From positions 24,924,001-24,988,000 of the forward strand of contig OZ024750.1 of NCBI GenBank assembly GCA_964016885.1: a stretch of DNA of 64,000 bases, in the 5' to 3' direction. Below the pieces are notes generated by a model. That model did no database searches. It had not been told where the DNA came from and was given only the letters and a program-made list of their open reading frames with translations. Shown here in pieces: positions 13,241 to 26,651 of the stretch. The translations under genes were made by a program, and so were the position numbers. This DNA comes from Eledone cirrhosa. Lineage: Eukaryota. Each line of letters opens with the position of its first letter. Position 1 is the stretch's first letter.

Positions 13241-14089
13241 CTGTATATACTCGAATATAAGTCCTTTTTTATATCTGAAAAATGGGCAAAAAGCCAAACC
13301 CCGTTTATAAGCCGAGGCAGGTAATCAACACATTATGTTTAGATGGTGCAGTTTTAAAATTCTCATGAGTGGAGAATATATTTAAGTTTTAATATTTTGA
13401 TATTTAAAATGTTTTGTTTCTTTTAAAGTATAATTTTTGTTTCAGAACTCCATTATGTAATGATTCAAAACATCAAAAACAACGGGAAATACAAATTTCA
13501 CCACCAAAGTGAAACCAGTGTAATATTCACCACTAAAGTGAAACTGGTGTAATATTCTCCACCAAAGTGAAACTGATGTAATATTCACAACCCAAGTGAA
13601 ACTGGTGTAATATTCACCACCAAATTGAAACTGGTGTAATATTCACCACTAAAGTGAAACTGGTGTAATATTCACCACCAAAGTGAAACTGGTGTAATAT
13701 TCACCACCAAAGTGAAACTGGTGTAATATTCATCACCAAAGTGAAACTGGTGTAATATTCATCACCAAAGTGAAACTGGTGTAATATTCACCACCAAAGT
13801 GAAACTGGTGTAATATTCACCACTAAAGTGAAACCGGTATAATATTCACCACTAAAGCGAAACTGGTGTAATATTCACTACCAAAGTGAAACTGGTGTTT
13901 AATTCACTATCAAAGTGAAACTGGTGTAATATTCACTACCAAAGTGAAACTGGTGTTTAATTCACTATCAAAGTGAAACTGGTGTAATATTCACCACTAA
14001 AGTGAAACCAGTGTAATATGTAATATTTACCCCCGAAGTAAAACCAGTCTAATATTGGCAAAATATTGACCTTGAATATAACCCCCCCC

Positions 14090-14120
<31 letters not shown>

Positions 14121-14174
14121 ATTTTACCATTCATTTTTGTGACATATTTCTCAGCTTATATACAGTATATACAG
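13241..14174. mobile_element. pogo/Tigger-like non-autonomous element with an internal 31-bp tandem array (about 13495-14050)
   Basis: TIRs ctgtatatactcgaatataag / cttatatacagtatatacag; TA flanks; unit aaagtgaaactggtgtaatattcaccacc-like. Confidence 0.7.
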
Positions 14175-14229
14175 TAAATATAATAACAACTCTGAAAAAA
14201 ATATATCATAACATAGAACTATTACTTAC

Positions 14230-14335
14230 TTGTATTGAAACAGCGTCTTCCATTCCAGATTGTAAGGCCTTCTGTATTATAGGAATTTCAGAAGGATCTT
14301 CATTGGAAAACCTTAGCATTAGTTCATCAAAGTAT
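14230..14335 (-). CDS. ACC: ACC exon (YFDELMLRFSNEDP...AVSIQ)
   Basis: FDE.M..F motif; gtaagt donor; phases fit. Confidence 0.85.
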
Positions 14336-14346
14336 CTAAAATATAT

Positions 14347-15230
14347 GGAAATAATCTATCAGTGATCAGAGGAAATAATCTATCAGAAAACAGTGATTAG
14401 TGGAAATAATCTACCAGTGGTCAGAGGAAATAATCTACCAGTGATCAGTGGAAATAATCTATCAGTGGTCAGAGGAAACAATCTACCAGTGATCAATGGA
14501 AATAATCTATCAGTGATCAGAGGAAATAATCTACCAGTGATTAGTGGAAATAATCTACCAGTGGTCAGAGGAAATAATCTACCAGTGATCAGTGGAAATA
14601 ATCTACCAGTGGTCAGAGGAAATAATCTACCAGTGATCAGTGGAAATAATCTACCAGTGGTCAGAGGAAATAATCTACCAGTGATCAGTGGAAATAATCT
14701 ACCAGTGGTCAGAGGAAATAATCTATCAGTGGTCAGAGGAAATAATCTACCAGTGATCAGTGGAAATAATCTACCAGTGATCAGTGGAAATAATCTACCA
14801 GTGATCAGTGGAAATAATCTACCAGTGATCAGTGGAAATAATCTATCAGTGGTCAGAGGAAATAATCTATCAGTGGTCAGAGGAAATAATCTACCAGTGA
14901 TCAGTGGAAATAATCTATCAGTGGTCAGAGGAAATAATCTACCAGTGATCAGTGGAAATAATCTACCAGTGATCAGTGGAAATAATCTACCAGTGGTCAG
15001 AGGAAATAATCTATCAGTGGTCAGAGGAAATAATCTACCAGTGATCAGTGGAAATAATCTACCAGTGATCAGTGGAAATAATCTACCAGTGATCAGTGGA
15101 AATAATCTATCAGTGGTCAGAGGAAATAATCTAACAGTGGTCAGTGGAAATAATCTATCAGTGGTCAGAGGAAATAATCTACCAGTGATCAGTGGAAATA
15201 ATCTACCAGTGATCAGTGGAAATAATCTAT
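14347..15230. repeat. 24-bp minisatellite (ggaaataatctaccagtgatcagt and variants) next to an exon acceptor
   Basis: Direct inspection; produces spurious ORF 14393-15268. Confidence 0.95.
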
Positions 15231-15454
15231 TAGAAAGGTATCACTCCCACCCCCTCCTTCACCTGTGACACACCACTGGTGGGATCACTCCCACCCCCTC
15301 CTTCATGTGACTCCACTGATAGGAATCACTCCCACCCCCTCCTTCATGTGACACTCCACTGGTGAGTATCACTGCCACCCCCACCACCTCCTTCACCTGT
15401 GACACCTCACCGCCCCAAGTCAAGAATCCTTATGAAGTTGATTTAGTTCCTTAC

Positions 15455-15592
15455 TCTCTGAGTTCTGAAAATGATGAGAAAGCAGCAACAATGCCCATCC
15501 TCTCAGTCAACATGGAAGAATCAACATGGTCCCACTGTTGTTGTAAATCATCAGCTTTTGTCATGCTGCCATCAAAACGCATCACCATTAAT
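15455..15592 (-). CDS. ACC: ACC exon, regulatory loop region (LMVMRFDGSM...ERMGIVAAFSSFSELRE)
   Basis: RMG..AF motif; ttttcag acceptor, gtaagg donor; phase 2-2. Confidence 0.88.
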
Positions 15593-16084
15593 CTGAAAAG
15601 AAAGACAAAAAAATCCATTTTTCAAGACAAAATCCTCAATTGATATTTTCCCATATATTAATTGGTGATGAATTTGTTTTGCAAAGTTTTTTATATGAAA
15701 TTGTGTGTTGAAACAAATGTTGTTATATTGAGGAGCGTTATGTTGTTATACTATTGCCAGAAATATATAGTAAAACACACTCACTGTTTGGTCTGGGATG
15801 GTTTTCGCTTCAATTTATATCTATTTTTAATTGTTGGTCAATCAATGATAAACATTGATTGCCAGCAGAATTAATTAAAGAAATTTTCAATAAAGAAACA
15901 ATAAAAAAGAAGTGGAAACAAAAGGAAAGAAAGAATAGGGAAAAAAATATAAAAAAAAAGAGAAGAGAAAGAAAGAAGAAAAAGATTGGGAATGGGATGG
16001 CAAGAGCTCTGGTGTCACAGAAGAGAGGGGAGGGGTGAAGAGGGAGGGTGATTAGGCTTTGTGCTTAGGGCAAGAGGGCAGAAG

Positions 16085-16345
16085 TGCTGCATGCCGCTGA
16101 CAAGATGGCAAAAGCATTCCCTCAGACAATGGCCAGTGACACCCGCTGCAACAGCCACCCAACCTCGCAGGTCTCCCTCCTCAGACGGGCTGCCAATGCT
16201 CCAATCTTGCGTAAGAGCTTGACAGTATGGGGTCCAAGTATGCCTGTGGTCTCGATGGCGACCAGTGCGAAGAGGAAGTGACCGGACAAACCCCAGTATT
16301 TGTTTATTTTCCGTTCTTCTGCAAGGTGTGCTGCGATGCCGGGGT
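16085..16345 (-). mobile_element. 3' fragment of a restriction-like-endonuclease LINE (CRE-like)
   Basis: Minus-strand translation FALVAIETTGILGP...LLQRVSLAIV*GNAFAIL resembles the CRE-clade C-terminus; GC-richer than its flanks. Confidence 0.6.
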
Positions 16346-17224
16346 TATAGAAATATAAACTATACTAAAGTGAAAACAACCCAAAGCAAACAGTGAGTGT
16401 GTTTTACTATATATTTCTAGCAATATTATAACAACATGACCCTCCCCAAATATAACATATATTAATCCATTATAAGGAATCCATGAAAAGATGTTATTTT
16501 TCATATTAGACTTTATTAATGATGATAACTAAAATGATAGAAGTTCTATGTATTTGTAGGGTCCTGAAATATTTGACTCACACATTTCAAGATACCCTTG
16601 TTTTGTTGCTTCAAATTAGGAAAAAAAATTTAAAAATTGCTAACTTACTTATCAATGTCACCAGAGAAGTTTTGTTAAATTATCTCACAAAACCTCAGAA
16701 TTGTATTTTTGTGGCATTGCTCTAGATTCTGTCATAAGTATTTTATTAACCCTTTAGCATTTACTATTGTATTTTCATGGTAAACGCTTTACCTCACATA
16801 ATATCGAATCTGAGATTTTGGTATTATTTATTTTTTTAACAATACTTTAACATAAGTATGAGCAGTCGGTTACAGCCAGTTTGAATAGCAAGAGGTGAGA
16901 GAATTCTGGCCGGATACAGCCAGTTTAAATCTTAAATCTCTACAACTACCTGAGTCTTCTTCCTCATATAAGTTTAGAAGTTTAGCTGTATACACACACA
17001 CACACTAACAACTCACCTTGAAAATCTTATAAACATTACCAATCATTCTTCCTTGCTACCACCTTAACATTCTTTTACAAACATCAAAAGCATCAGTGCT
17101 CCTCTTTAAAGTTAATACAGCCGCTATGCAATGAAATGTCTTACAAATTCCTTATTAGATAGTGACATCTGTCGACTGTATGGTGTGATATCTGTCGACT
17201 GTACGGTGTGACAACTGTCAACAA

Positions 17225-17282
<58 letters not shown>

Positions 17283-17321
17283 AATGAAAAATGGCGTGCT
17301 GCATTGTTGCGAATGTGATAC

Positions 17322-17603
17322 ATATGAATGAAAAATAGACCAAGAAACACGACTGTCCATCATCAGTGATCTTCTGACTATCATCGGTATTTCTTCACAT
17401 TAAAGATCAGATACCTCAAAGTCATTACCGATTTGTTTGTTTACATGTCTCTCTTTCTTTACCCAATTCTTTTTATCCCAATATCTTATTTTAGTTATTG
17501 CTCGCACTGACTTTGAGGTATCTGATCTTTAATGTGAAGAAATACCAATGATAGTCAGAAGATCACTGATGATGGACAGTCCTGTTTCTTGCTCTATTTT
17601 TCA

Positions 17604-17610
<7 letters not shown>
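17322..17610. repeat. Long inverted repeat (arms about 103 bp, spacer about 83 bp) between (TA)n tracts
   Basis: 17322-17424 is the near-exact reverse complement of 17508-17610. Confidence 0.88.
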
Positions 17611-17639
<29 letters not shown>

Positions 17640-20600
17640 TAAATACATATGTATGGAACAACGGTTGTATGATAATTATATGTGTGTGTGTATATATATC
17701 TATATTAGTTATCATTTGACTGTTTGGTATTGGCTATCAGCCAGAAGTTATGTTTAATTTCATCGTTCTGCTGTGAGATTGTGTTAGTGACCAGCTTACA
17801 GAAAGACTAACAAAAGTGGTTATATCAAGTACGTTAGAAATGAAAAATATACCAGGTATTAGAGAGTGTGTGTGTGTCCCCCGTGTTCTAGAGAATGTGT
17901 TTGTGTGTGGGGGTCTTAGAGAATGTGTGTGTGTCTTAATTTGTGTGTGAGCATTAGAAAATGAATGTGTCTGTGTTTTAGTGTGTGTGTACATGGTATA
18001 CAGAAATAAAATGATAATAGCCATGTTAATGAAAACTAAGCAAATTTTCTGTTAAAAAAAGACAACATATGTTTATGTGTTTGCCAACATGTGTTCACAT
18101 TTGTATACTTTCTTTCTGTAGGTGTAAATGAAAATATAGTCTAGACATTCAACCGTTGGTAAAGGTATTTAGCCCTGAGACAAGACATTAGAATGATGGC
18201 GAAGGTGTTTAGCCCAAAAACCAAACATTGCCATAAACCTCACAGTAATACAATATAGATATTAGAATGACGGTAAAGGTGTTTAGCCCTGGGACAAGAC
18301 ATTAGAATGATGGCGAAGGTGTTTAGCCCAGAAACCAGACACAGTCTTAAACCCCAGAGTGAAGTGTCACATATTATTCATAGATAGAATGACAAAGAAC
18401 AAGAAAGCATATTATATATATTTATAGCCCTGAGACCAGGCACAGTCTTGAATCTCTCAGTAAATATATATTCTTTATAAGTTATTCTACCTATAAATAG
18501 CAGGTGACAATTGTTGTAAGGTTTATAACATGAAATTAATTATAAAAGAATAATGCAATAAAGGAGAAATGAATAGAAGGATATTGTACTTTACAAAACA
18601 TAATATAATAATAATAAAAATTCTCAACAATTATGTTATAAATTTTCCTGTTAGGTAGTATGGAGTTAATGAGTGTGAAGCCAGGAAGTTATTGTCAGAA
18701 AGTAACAGTATAGTTGTAACAAAGGGAGAGAACAAAGAAAAACAAACAAAAGCAGAACATCCACATATAATAATGAGTTAAGTGTTTTTGTTTGCTGTCA
18801 TGTTAATAAGATAGCATGGAAGTATGAGGTTGTTAAACAAAAATTAAGGAGAGAGTAAGTGAGTGAGTGGAAGTATAAGGTGTTTTATCACACTGCTCTG
18901 ACTGGCAAATAGAGAAAGAGTGAATATTGTGATGAAAGAACTGGAATACAATGATAACTAAATATAAAATTGCCAATGTATTTATTGTATATAATGAAAT
19001 ATTCTTATAAATATTCTATCATCAGTTTTAACTGAATAGTTGTCATCATCAAACAGTTTGACTCTAGCAGGAAACACAGTTCTGACTCTAGCAGGAAACA
19101 CAGTTCTGACTCTAGCAGGAAACACAGTTCTGACTCTAAGAGGAAACACAGGACTCTATAGGACCCATGTCCTCAATAGTTAAGGCTGACAACTGTGAAT
19201 CAGTAGGTTCTGTGTTCACCTGTATTGACAATAGTGACAACTGTTTGATAAAGTAATAAAATATACACCTATATTATCCTTTTGATACATTTCCTGTGGC
19301 CAGCAAGCTTTTTGGTTAAAATCAAAGTATAATATTAAAGAAAAAGTGTAAAGTCTTTAGATAAGAAATGTATTTTCATTTCATTGTTTTGTAATGGTTG
19401 CCTCATTCTCTGTATTATTTAAACTGTCAATAGTTTTTATGACATGAGAAAATGAGATAAAAGATTTAGTAAGACAGAAGAAACCCAGAAAGATGAACCA
19501 AAAAATGAAGACATGAGGTGTCTTTTGAAGAGGAATATAGATTTTAAAGATTGGAGAGTGTCAAATAGGTCAAAGAGAAAAGTAAGAACCAACAGTATTT
19601 CAGCATCCATTTCTAATCAAGGTTTCTATAAGGCACTTTGATATCTGCCTTTAGTCCAGTGAGAGTTGCAGAAGAAATAAGTATAAAACTACCATTAAAA
19701 GATAACTATTGTTCACATATGAAATATTGGAAAATCACTATCATTATTTTTATTGACATTTAATCAACTGTTACAATACAATACTAGATCTATACCATTT
19801 AATCAGATACAATACTAGATCAATACCAGGTCAATAACACAATACTAGATCAATAGCATTTAATAAATCATCAACATACAATAGGTGTTCTCAAAAAGGA
19901 AGTTTATTCAACAACAGTGGATGATAAATTAGATAAAAGAGATGAGAGTTAGGAGAATGTTAGAATGAATAGAGCAAGTGAGAAATTTAAGAGAGATAAT
20001 TACAATCAGTAGAAGATGAAAACAGAGTTTCATGCTGTAGATGTTAGACATTGAAGGATGGGAAAGTGTGAGATCAGCAGAGCTAAATCAAGAGGATCAA
20101 GGTTCAAAGAAAGCAGGATTTAAATATAATAGGAAGCAAAAATGGTTGTTAAAATAAATAGTAATGCAAAGATGGTCTATTGGAAGGAAGGTTGAAAACA
20201 AACTAGTTATTAAGGTAAAAATGGTCTGTTGGAAGGAAGGTTGAAAATAAACTAGTTATTAAGGTAAAAATGGTTTGTTGAAAGGAAGATTGGAAACAAA
20301 ATGGTGGTCAATGTAAAGATGGTTTGTTGAAAGGAAGTTGGAAATAAAATGGTGGTCAATGTAAAGATGGTTTGTTGGAAGGAAGGTTGGTAACAAAATG
20401 GTGGTCAATGTAAAGATGGCTTGTTGGAAGGAAGTTGGAAACACAATTAATTGATACTCCATGGAAAATGAAAAGTTGAATGTAAAAGAATCATTTAAAA
20501 AAGAAAATACATAGATTTCTGTATCTAAATAATGAGGTGTGAGAGAGAGAGAGAGAGAGAGAGAGATATGGAGAGGGAGTGAAAAAAATGAGAGGGAGAG

Positions 20601-22264
20601 AATATATTTATATAATGTCAGGTGACCCATGTCTTACTCATACAGATCAGTCAGGTGTTTGTTTTTGTTTGTGGCTAGCATATCTTGTCTGTTTATTTTA
20701 GCATTGTGTTGTGTTATGAGTACAGCTTCCATCATTAATTTATTTTTGTAAGAAATTCTGTAGAGTTTAGGTGTCTTTTCCACTAACGTTTTCTGATCTG
20801 GTTTTGTGTAATAAATACATGTGATGTGACATGGTGTAGTACACAACAATTACTCCATGTTATGAATGTATGGGTTGTGTTGTAGTAAACCACAACTACC
20901 CCATGTTATAAATACATGCATTATGATGTGTGATGTTGTGTTTTACAATTACTCCATGTTATAAGTGTTGTGTTGTGATGTAGTGCAATGTGTAATGTAG
21001 TACACCGCAACTACTACATGTTGTAAATACATGTGTTGTGTGGTGTGATGTAGTGTACCGCAACTACTCCATGTTACAGATAAATGTATTGTAACAGGTC
21101 AAATGTCAAATGTATCTGTGGCTTTTGTGTAGAAAAATATATACAAAATATTCAACATATTCAGAAGAACTTTCTTGTATTTTCTTAACAACACTGACCA
21201 AAATATAGATTAGACAAAACTTACCACGAAAATTATTCAGTTATCAAAACCAGATTTAAAAAGAAAAAGAAAAAGAAAAAGAAAAAGAAAAAGAAAAAGG
21301 AAAAGCTAAAAAAAAAAAAAGAGTAGAACCATATCAGAGAATACATCTTTCAAGTTCACAACTTTTATCATCAGTTATATTATTAAATACACAACTATTT
21401 TACTGTAAACGGTGATGTCAATGGAAACAGATGTGAGAAAGGAGTCGTTAGGTGTATTACAAATGAAAATATATTTCCAAGTGATTTTTGCAGAAGATAA
21501 ATTACTGGGTGCTATCAGAACAGTGTGGACTTGAAAGTGTGTTAAGAAGGAAGGATTTAATTTTAGTTGATATCTCCAGTGCTAATTAATCAAAAGGAAA
21601 TATCTAATGTATTGTAAAGATTTTGTAAGATTATTTGAGTGACAGAAGACAACCAAAAGTATTTCTTGACTTAATGGAAGAGAAGAATGGAAGAGCAGAA
21701 GAAGAAAAAGAAGACCAATGCTGAGTGTATAATCAAGAACCAGTTTGTTAAAGACCATAGAGGATGCAAAGTTAGATAAGAGAAGTTGATGTTTAAGACT
21801 GAGGCATGCATAAGAGAATATCATGAAGAATTATCCAATGCAATGTAAGAGGCTTATCCTTTCTGAGAAATAGAATAGTGTAAATAACACCCTCACCCCA
21901 CCCACACCATCTCTTTCTCTCTCATTCTCTTAATATGATAATTACTTTTAAAGTAAAACTTCTTAGCATAACTTCATGTAACCTTTTTGATAATAAAACA
22001 CCCCTGCTACTATCATATACTGTTGTATATTTTAAAGTGTTTATATTTATCTAAAACATTTCCAATATAATTTTATGTAAGAACCTTTGTTAAAATATGT
22101 TCCAAAAACCCCTGGTTCTATCATAAAAAAATGTTTACTTTAAAGAGTTTATCTAAAACATTTCTAGCATAATTTTATGTAAGAACCTTTGTTGAGTTAT
22201 CTTCCAAACACCAAAATAATAATGAGAAAATTAGTTATATTACTAAATCCCTCCAGTCTTTCAT

Positions 22265-23510
22265 AGATATCTTTCATTAGAAATATAGTAATGAAAGGGT
22301 TGAAGACATAGGTAGTGTCTTTCATCAGAAATGTGGTAATGAAAGGGTTGAAGACATAGGTAGTGTCTTTCATCAGAAATGTGGTAATGAAAGGGTTGAA
22401 GACATAGGTAGTGTCTTTCATCAGAAATGTGGTAATGAAAGGGTTGGAGACATAGGTAGTGTCTTTCATCAGAAATGTGGTAATGAAAGGGTTGGAGACA
22501 TAGGTAGTGTCTTTCATCAGAAATGTGGTAATGAAAGGGTTGAAGACATAGGTAGTGTCTTTCATCAGAAATGTGGTAATGAAAGGGTTGAAGACATAGG
22601 TAGTGTCTTTCATCAGAAATGTGGTAATGAAAGGGTTGAAGACATAGGTAGTGTCTTTCATCAGAAATGTGGTAATGAAAGGGTTGGAGACATAGGTAGT
22701 GTCTTTCATCAGAAATGTGGTAATGAAAGGGTTGAAGACATAGGTAGTGTCTTTCATCAGAAATGTGGTAATGAAAGGGTTGAAGACATAGGTAGTGTCT
22801 TTCATCAGAAATGTGGTAATGAAAGGGTTGGAGACATAGGTAGTGTCTTTCATCAGAAATGTGGTAATGAAAGGGTTGGAGACATAGGTAGTGTCTTTCA
22901 TCAGAAATGTGGTAATGAAAGGGTTGGAGACATAGGTAGTGTCTTTCATCAGAAATGTGGTAATGAAAGGGTTGAAGACATAGGTAGTGTCTTTCATCAG
23001 AAATGTGGTAATGAAAGGGTTGGAGACATAGGTAGTGTCTTTCATCAGAAATGTGGTAATGAAAGGGTTGAAGACATAGGTAGTGTCTTTCATCAGAAAT
23101 GTGGTAATGAAAGGGTTGGAGACATAGGTAGTGTCTTTCATCAGAAATGTGGTAATGAAAGGGTTGGAGACATAGGTAGTGTCTTTCATCAGAAATGTGG
23201 TAACGAAAGGGTTGGAGACATAGGTAGTGTCTTTCATCAGAAATGTGGTAACGAAAGGGTTGGAGACATAGGTAGTGTCTTTCATCAGAAATGTGGTAAT
23301 GAAAGGGTTGGAGACATAGGTAGTGTCTTTCATCAGAAATGTGGTAACGAAAGGGTTGGAGACATAGGTAGTGTCTTTCATCAGAAATGTGGTAATGAAA
23401 GGGTTGGAGACATAGGTAGTGTCTTTCATCAGAAATGTGGTAATGAAAGGGTTGGAGACATAGGTAGTGTCTTTCATCAGAAATGTGGTAACGAAAGGGT
23501 TGGAGACATA
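22265..23510. repeat. 48-bp minisatellite, about 26 highly homogeneous copies
   Basis: Unit tctttcatcagaaatgtggtaatgaaagggttg(a/g)agacataggtagtg. Confidence 0.96.
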
Positions 23511-23903
23511 AGACTTACATTCGAAAAGTAAACATTAATAAGAGATTATTTAAAATTTTTAATGCATTTTCGAATTTCTTCTTTTAATAATGTTTCTTAG
23601 ATTGATTAGAGTATACAAGTATGAAATGAAAACTAGTTTTCTAATCCACTTAGTCAATCATACCCCCACTCTCTCTCCCGCCCTCTCATATATATATATA
23701 TATATATATAAAATAAAATTTAATATAGAAATGGCTTCGACAGGACCAGAACTGTTTCATTTGAAGGAAATCACCTGATAATTTCTTTCAAATGAAACAG
23801 TTCTAGTCCTGTAGAAGCCATTTCTATATTAAATTTTGTTGTATACACTCTACTAATGTATTGAGTACCTTACTTACTGTGGTTATCCCCGACTGAACCT
23901 GGA

Positions 23904-23956
<53 letters not shown>

Positions 23957-24726
23957 TTACTATTGGCCTCGAAAAACCATGGATCTGTGCCTGGAGAATT
24001 TTGTGTCAGCTGCTGGTAGCAGTGCAGTGCTCCCGTAGCTGTACAGTCCCACACGGGAGTGGCAGCCTTGTATGCAGTGACTGCATTTCTAAATGCTCAT
24101 CTCCTGTGCTGCTGTGTTGTCCTTCCTTTGAACGCATCTTGCCTCAGTGGCAAGTTTCAGTTTCTCTTCCTCCCACACAACATACATTATATATATATAT
24201 ATATATATATATATAGATAGATAGATATATATATATATATCAATAACAAATTTGAGGCCATATTCATTTGGTTTTGGTTTATTAAAATCTGTAATGTACA
24301 TTTTGCTAAAACCAAAACCAAATGAATATGGCCTTGGATTTTTTTTTATTGATATATAATGCTCCAGCTTACACTTTTATACAGGTCATTGAGTGCTTTC
24401 GTTTATCTACTTCACAACCAACAGACCGTTATGTGATCTGCACATTCTTGTTCAGTTAACATCTTTATATATGTATATATACACACACACATATACATAT
24501 ATATATAAGGTGCATGTCTGAGTGGTTAGAGAATTGGATTCGCAATTGTGAGGTTGTGAGTTTGATTCCCGGACCGGGCGATGCGTTATGTCCTTGAGCA
24601 AGACACTTTATTTCACGTTGCTTCTTCTACCTGGAGTTGCGACCGATAGATAGCATTAGCAATTGGAAAGACCAATAGAAGCATTGTTTCCTCAGTCCGA
24701 TTTGACGAAAGTCAATCGACTGTTTG

Positions 24727-24772
<46 letters not shown>

Positions 24773-24960
24773 TACCAACCAACCTACCTCCCAGAAAAAA
24801 GAAAAAAAAAACTTAATTACATTATGTCACTATCATACTAACTCTCCATATAAAACAACAGACTTTTGTATGTTAAGTAGTATAGGCACTGGGTTGCTGT
24901 ATGAAATATGTCAAAGCTAAAAGCAGTTGGATAGATGAGGGTGGCAGAGAATTCACTTAC

Positions 24961-24975
24961 CCAGGCTGAGTCAAC
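24961..24975 (-). CDS. ACC: Candidate 15-nt cassette microexon adding 5 aa (HPNR-LTQPG-LMVM)
   Basis: Long poly-U tract, ttttcag|GTTGACTCAGCCTGG|gtaagt; symmetric phase 2; no stop codon. Confidence 0.7.
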
Positions 24976-26651
24976 CTGAAAATCAATAAGATCAAACAAA
25001 AAAAAAAAACAAAAAAAAAATAAAATAAAATAAAAAATATATAAATGAAAATGATGAAAAAAGGGAATATGCTTGAAAATATATTGGCTTTAATATTTTC
25101 AATGTTGAGCCAGAGGTTTGGCATTGAGGTTCAAAGATAGAAAAAATTCTACAGATGTTGTTTTGTATTAGTATTTTGACCCTTCAGTTTGTGTCAAAAG
25201 ACACAACAACTTCTCTCACTCAATATGACCGTATGTAAGCAGGATACAGATCCCTGGCTAGTCTGGGAGGTCAGTAACCCCACTTCAGAATTGACTTGGT
25301 CTATATAGACACATCCAATCCTTGCTAGCAGGGAAAGTGGACGTTAAATGATGATAATGATGATTTCTATCATAATCATTAAAAAGGCCAGGAACAACAC
25401 AACACAGCTGTCTTAGATAGAAACAGTGAGTTAACTTGTCTGTCATAGAAACAGTGAGTTAAGTTGTCTTTGATAGAAACACTGAGTTAAGTTGTCTGTG
25501 ATAAGACAGTGAGTTAAGTTGTCTGTGATAGAACCATTGATTTAAGTTGTCTAAGAAAGCTCCTGATTGCTGAATTGCAGAAAACTGTCATCATCTTTCC
25601 TACAAGATCCCTTTGCAGAGACTTTGAAAGTGTAGGAAAATTGCTGTGACTAAATCTGAAGAAATTAATCTAATGACAGGATCAGTGGATAATAATAATA
25701 ATAATAATATTAATTTCTTTAGAAAGACACAACAGCAGAAATTTTAGCAGAAGGGAACAAATAATTATACTGACAACAGTATTTAACTGGTATGTTTTTT
25801 CAATCCCGGAAGTATGAAAGGAAAAGTTGACCTTAGAAGTATGTTAATAATAATAGATATTGAAACTCTTCCACAAACAACTGCCCCCTAGCAGTAAAGT
25901 TAATGTAAACATCTAATGTCCTCTCAACTACTAAAAATTATTATGCAGTTAAATACTTGAGAACTATTTAGGGGAATAAAATGGAAATGAGATATTCAAC
26001 TATTCCTAAGAATATAAAGTAGCAATGTATAGAAAGAAGCAATTCTAGCTGGAATGCCAAACCAAGCCTCCAAGAGTTCAGCTTAAAGCAATAGCAACGA
26101 TAATAATAATAATTGTTTCTACTTTTGGCACAAGGCCAACAGTGTATTACTGGTACTTTATTTTATCGACCCCGTAAGGATGAAAGGCAAAGTTAACCTC
26201 AGCGGGATTTGAACTCAGACCATAAAGGGCCGTAACTCTTTGCTGCAAAGCATGGTGTCCGACCCTCTACTGATACTGCCAATCCACCGCTCTTAATAGT
26301 ATTTCTATCTTTGGTACAAGACATACAGTTTTGTTGAAGAATGTTGTCAATTTAATCAACCCCAGTAACTAAAATAGTACTTTATATTAGAGAAATAAAA
26401 TAGTACTTTATATTATAGAAGTGAGATAGTACTTTATATTATAGAAATGAGATAGTACTTTATATTATTGAACTAAAAACATGAAAAGCAAAAGCAAGGA
26501 ATATAACTAAATATTGCTCGGCAGTCACTGTGCCATTCTTATCACTCAACAACAACAATATTTAGTCAAATACTGAAAAATTCCTGTCACCCGGTTGCCA
26601 CAACAACATCATTAATAACAACATTATCATAAAACCAAATCTATAACCTAC

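Noticed and set aside
14393-15268. 291-aa ORF of GNN-containing 8-aa repeats resembling an ice-binding or beta-solenoid protein
   Set aside because: It is a 24-bp intronic minisatellite on the antisense strand with no ATG start, signal peptide or splice context.
16950-16985. 36-nt exon-like segment
   Set aside because: Open only in phase 1, whereas this intron is phase 2.
19267-19293. 27-nt microexon candidate
   Set aside because: Contains TAG in the required phase-2 frame.
21225-21305. Additional ACC exon upstream of a gtaagt donor
   Set aside because: The only nearby acceptor gives a poly-Phe low-complexity segment that appears to contain an in-frame stop.
19450-21850. Possible very old LINE fragments in the long intron
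   Set aside because: Too degenerate to assign by eye; needs a profile search.
22197-23477. 426-aa repeat ORF as a real gene
   Set aside because: A stop-free 48-bp unit repeated in tandem; no unique domain and no credible splice sites.
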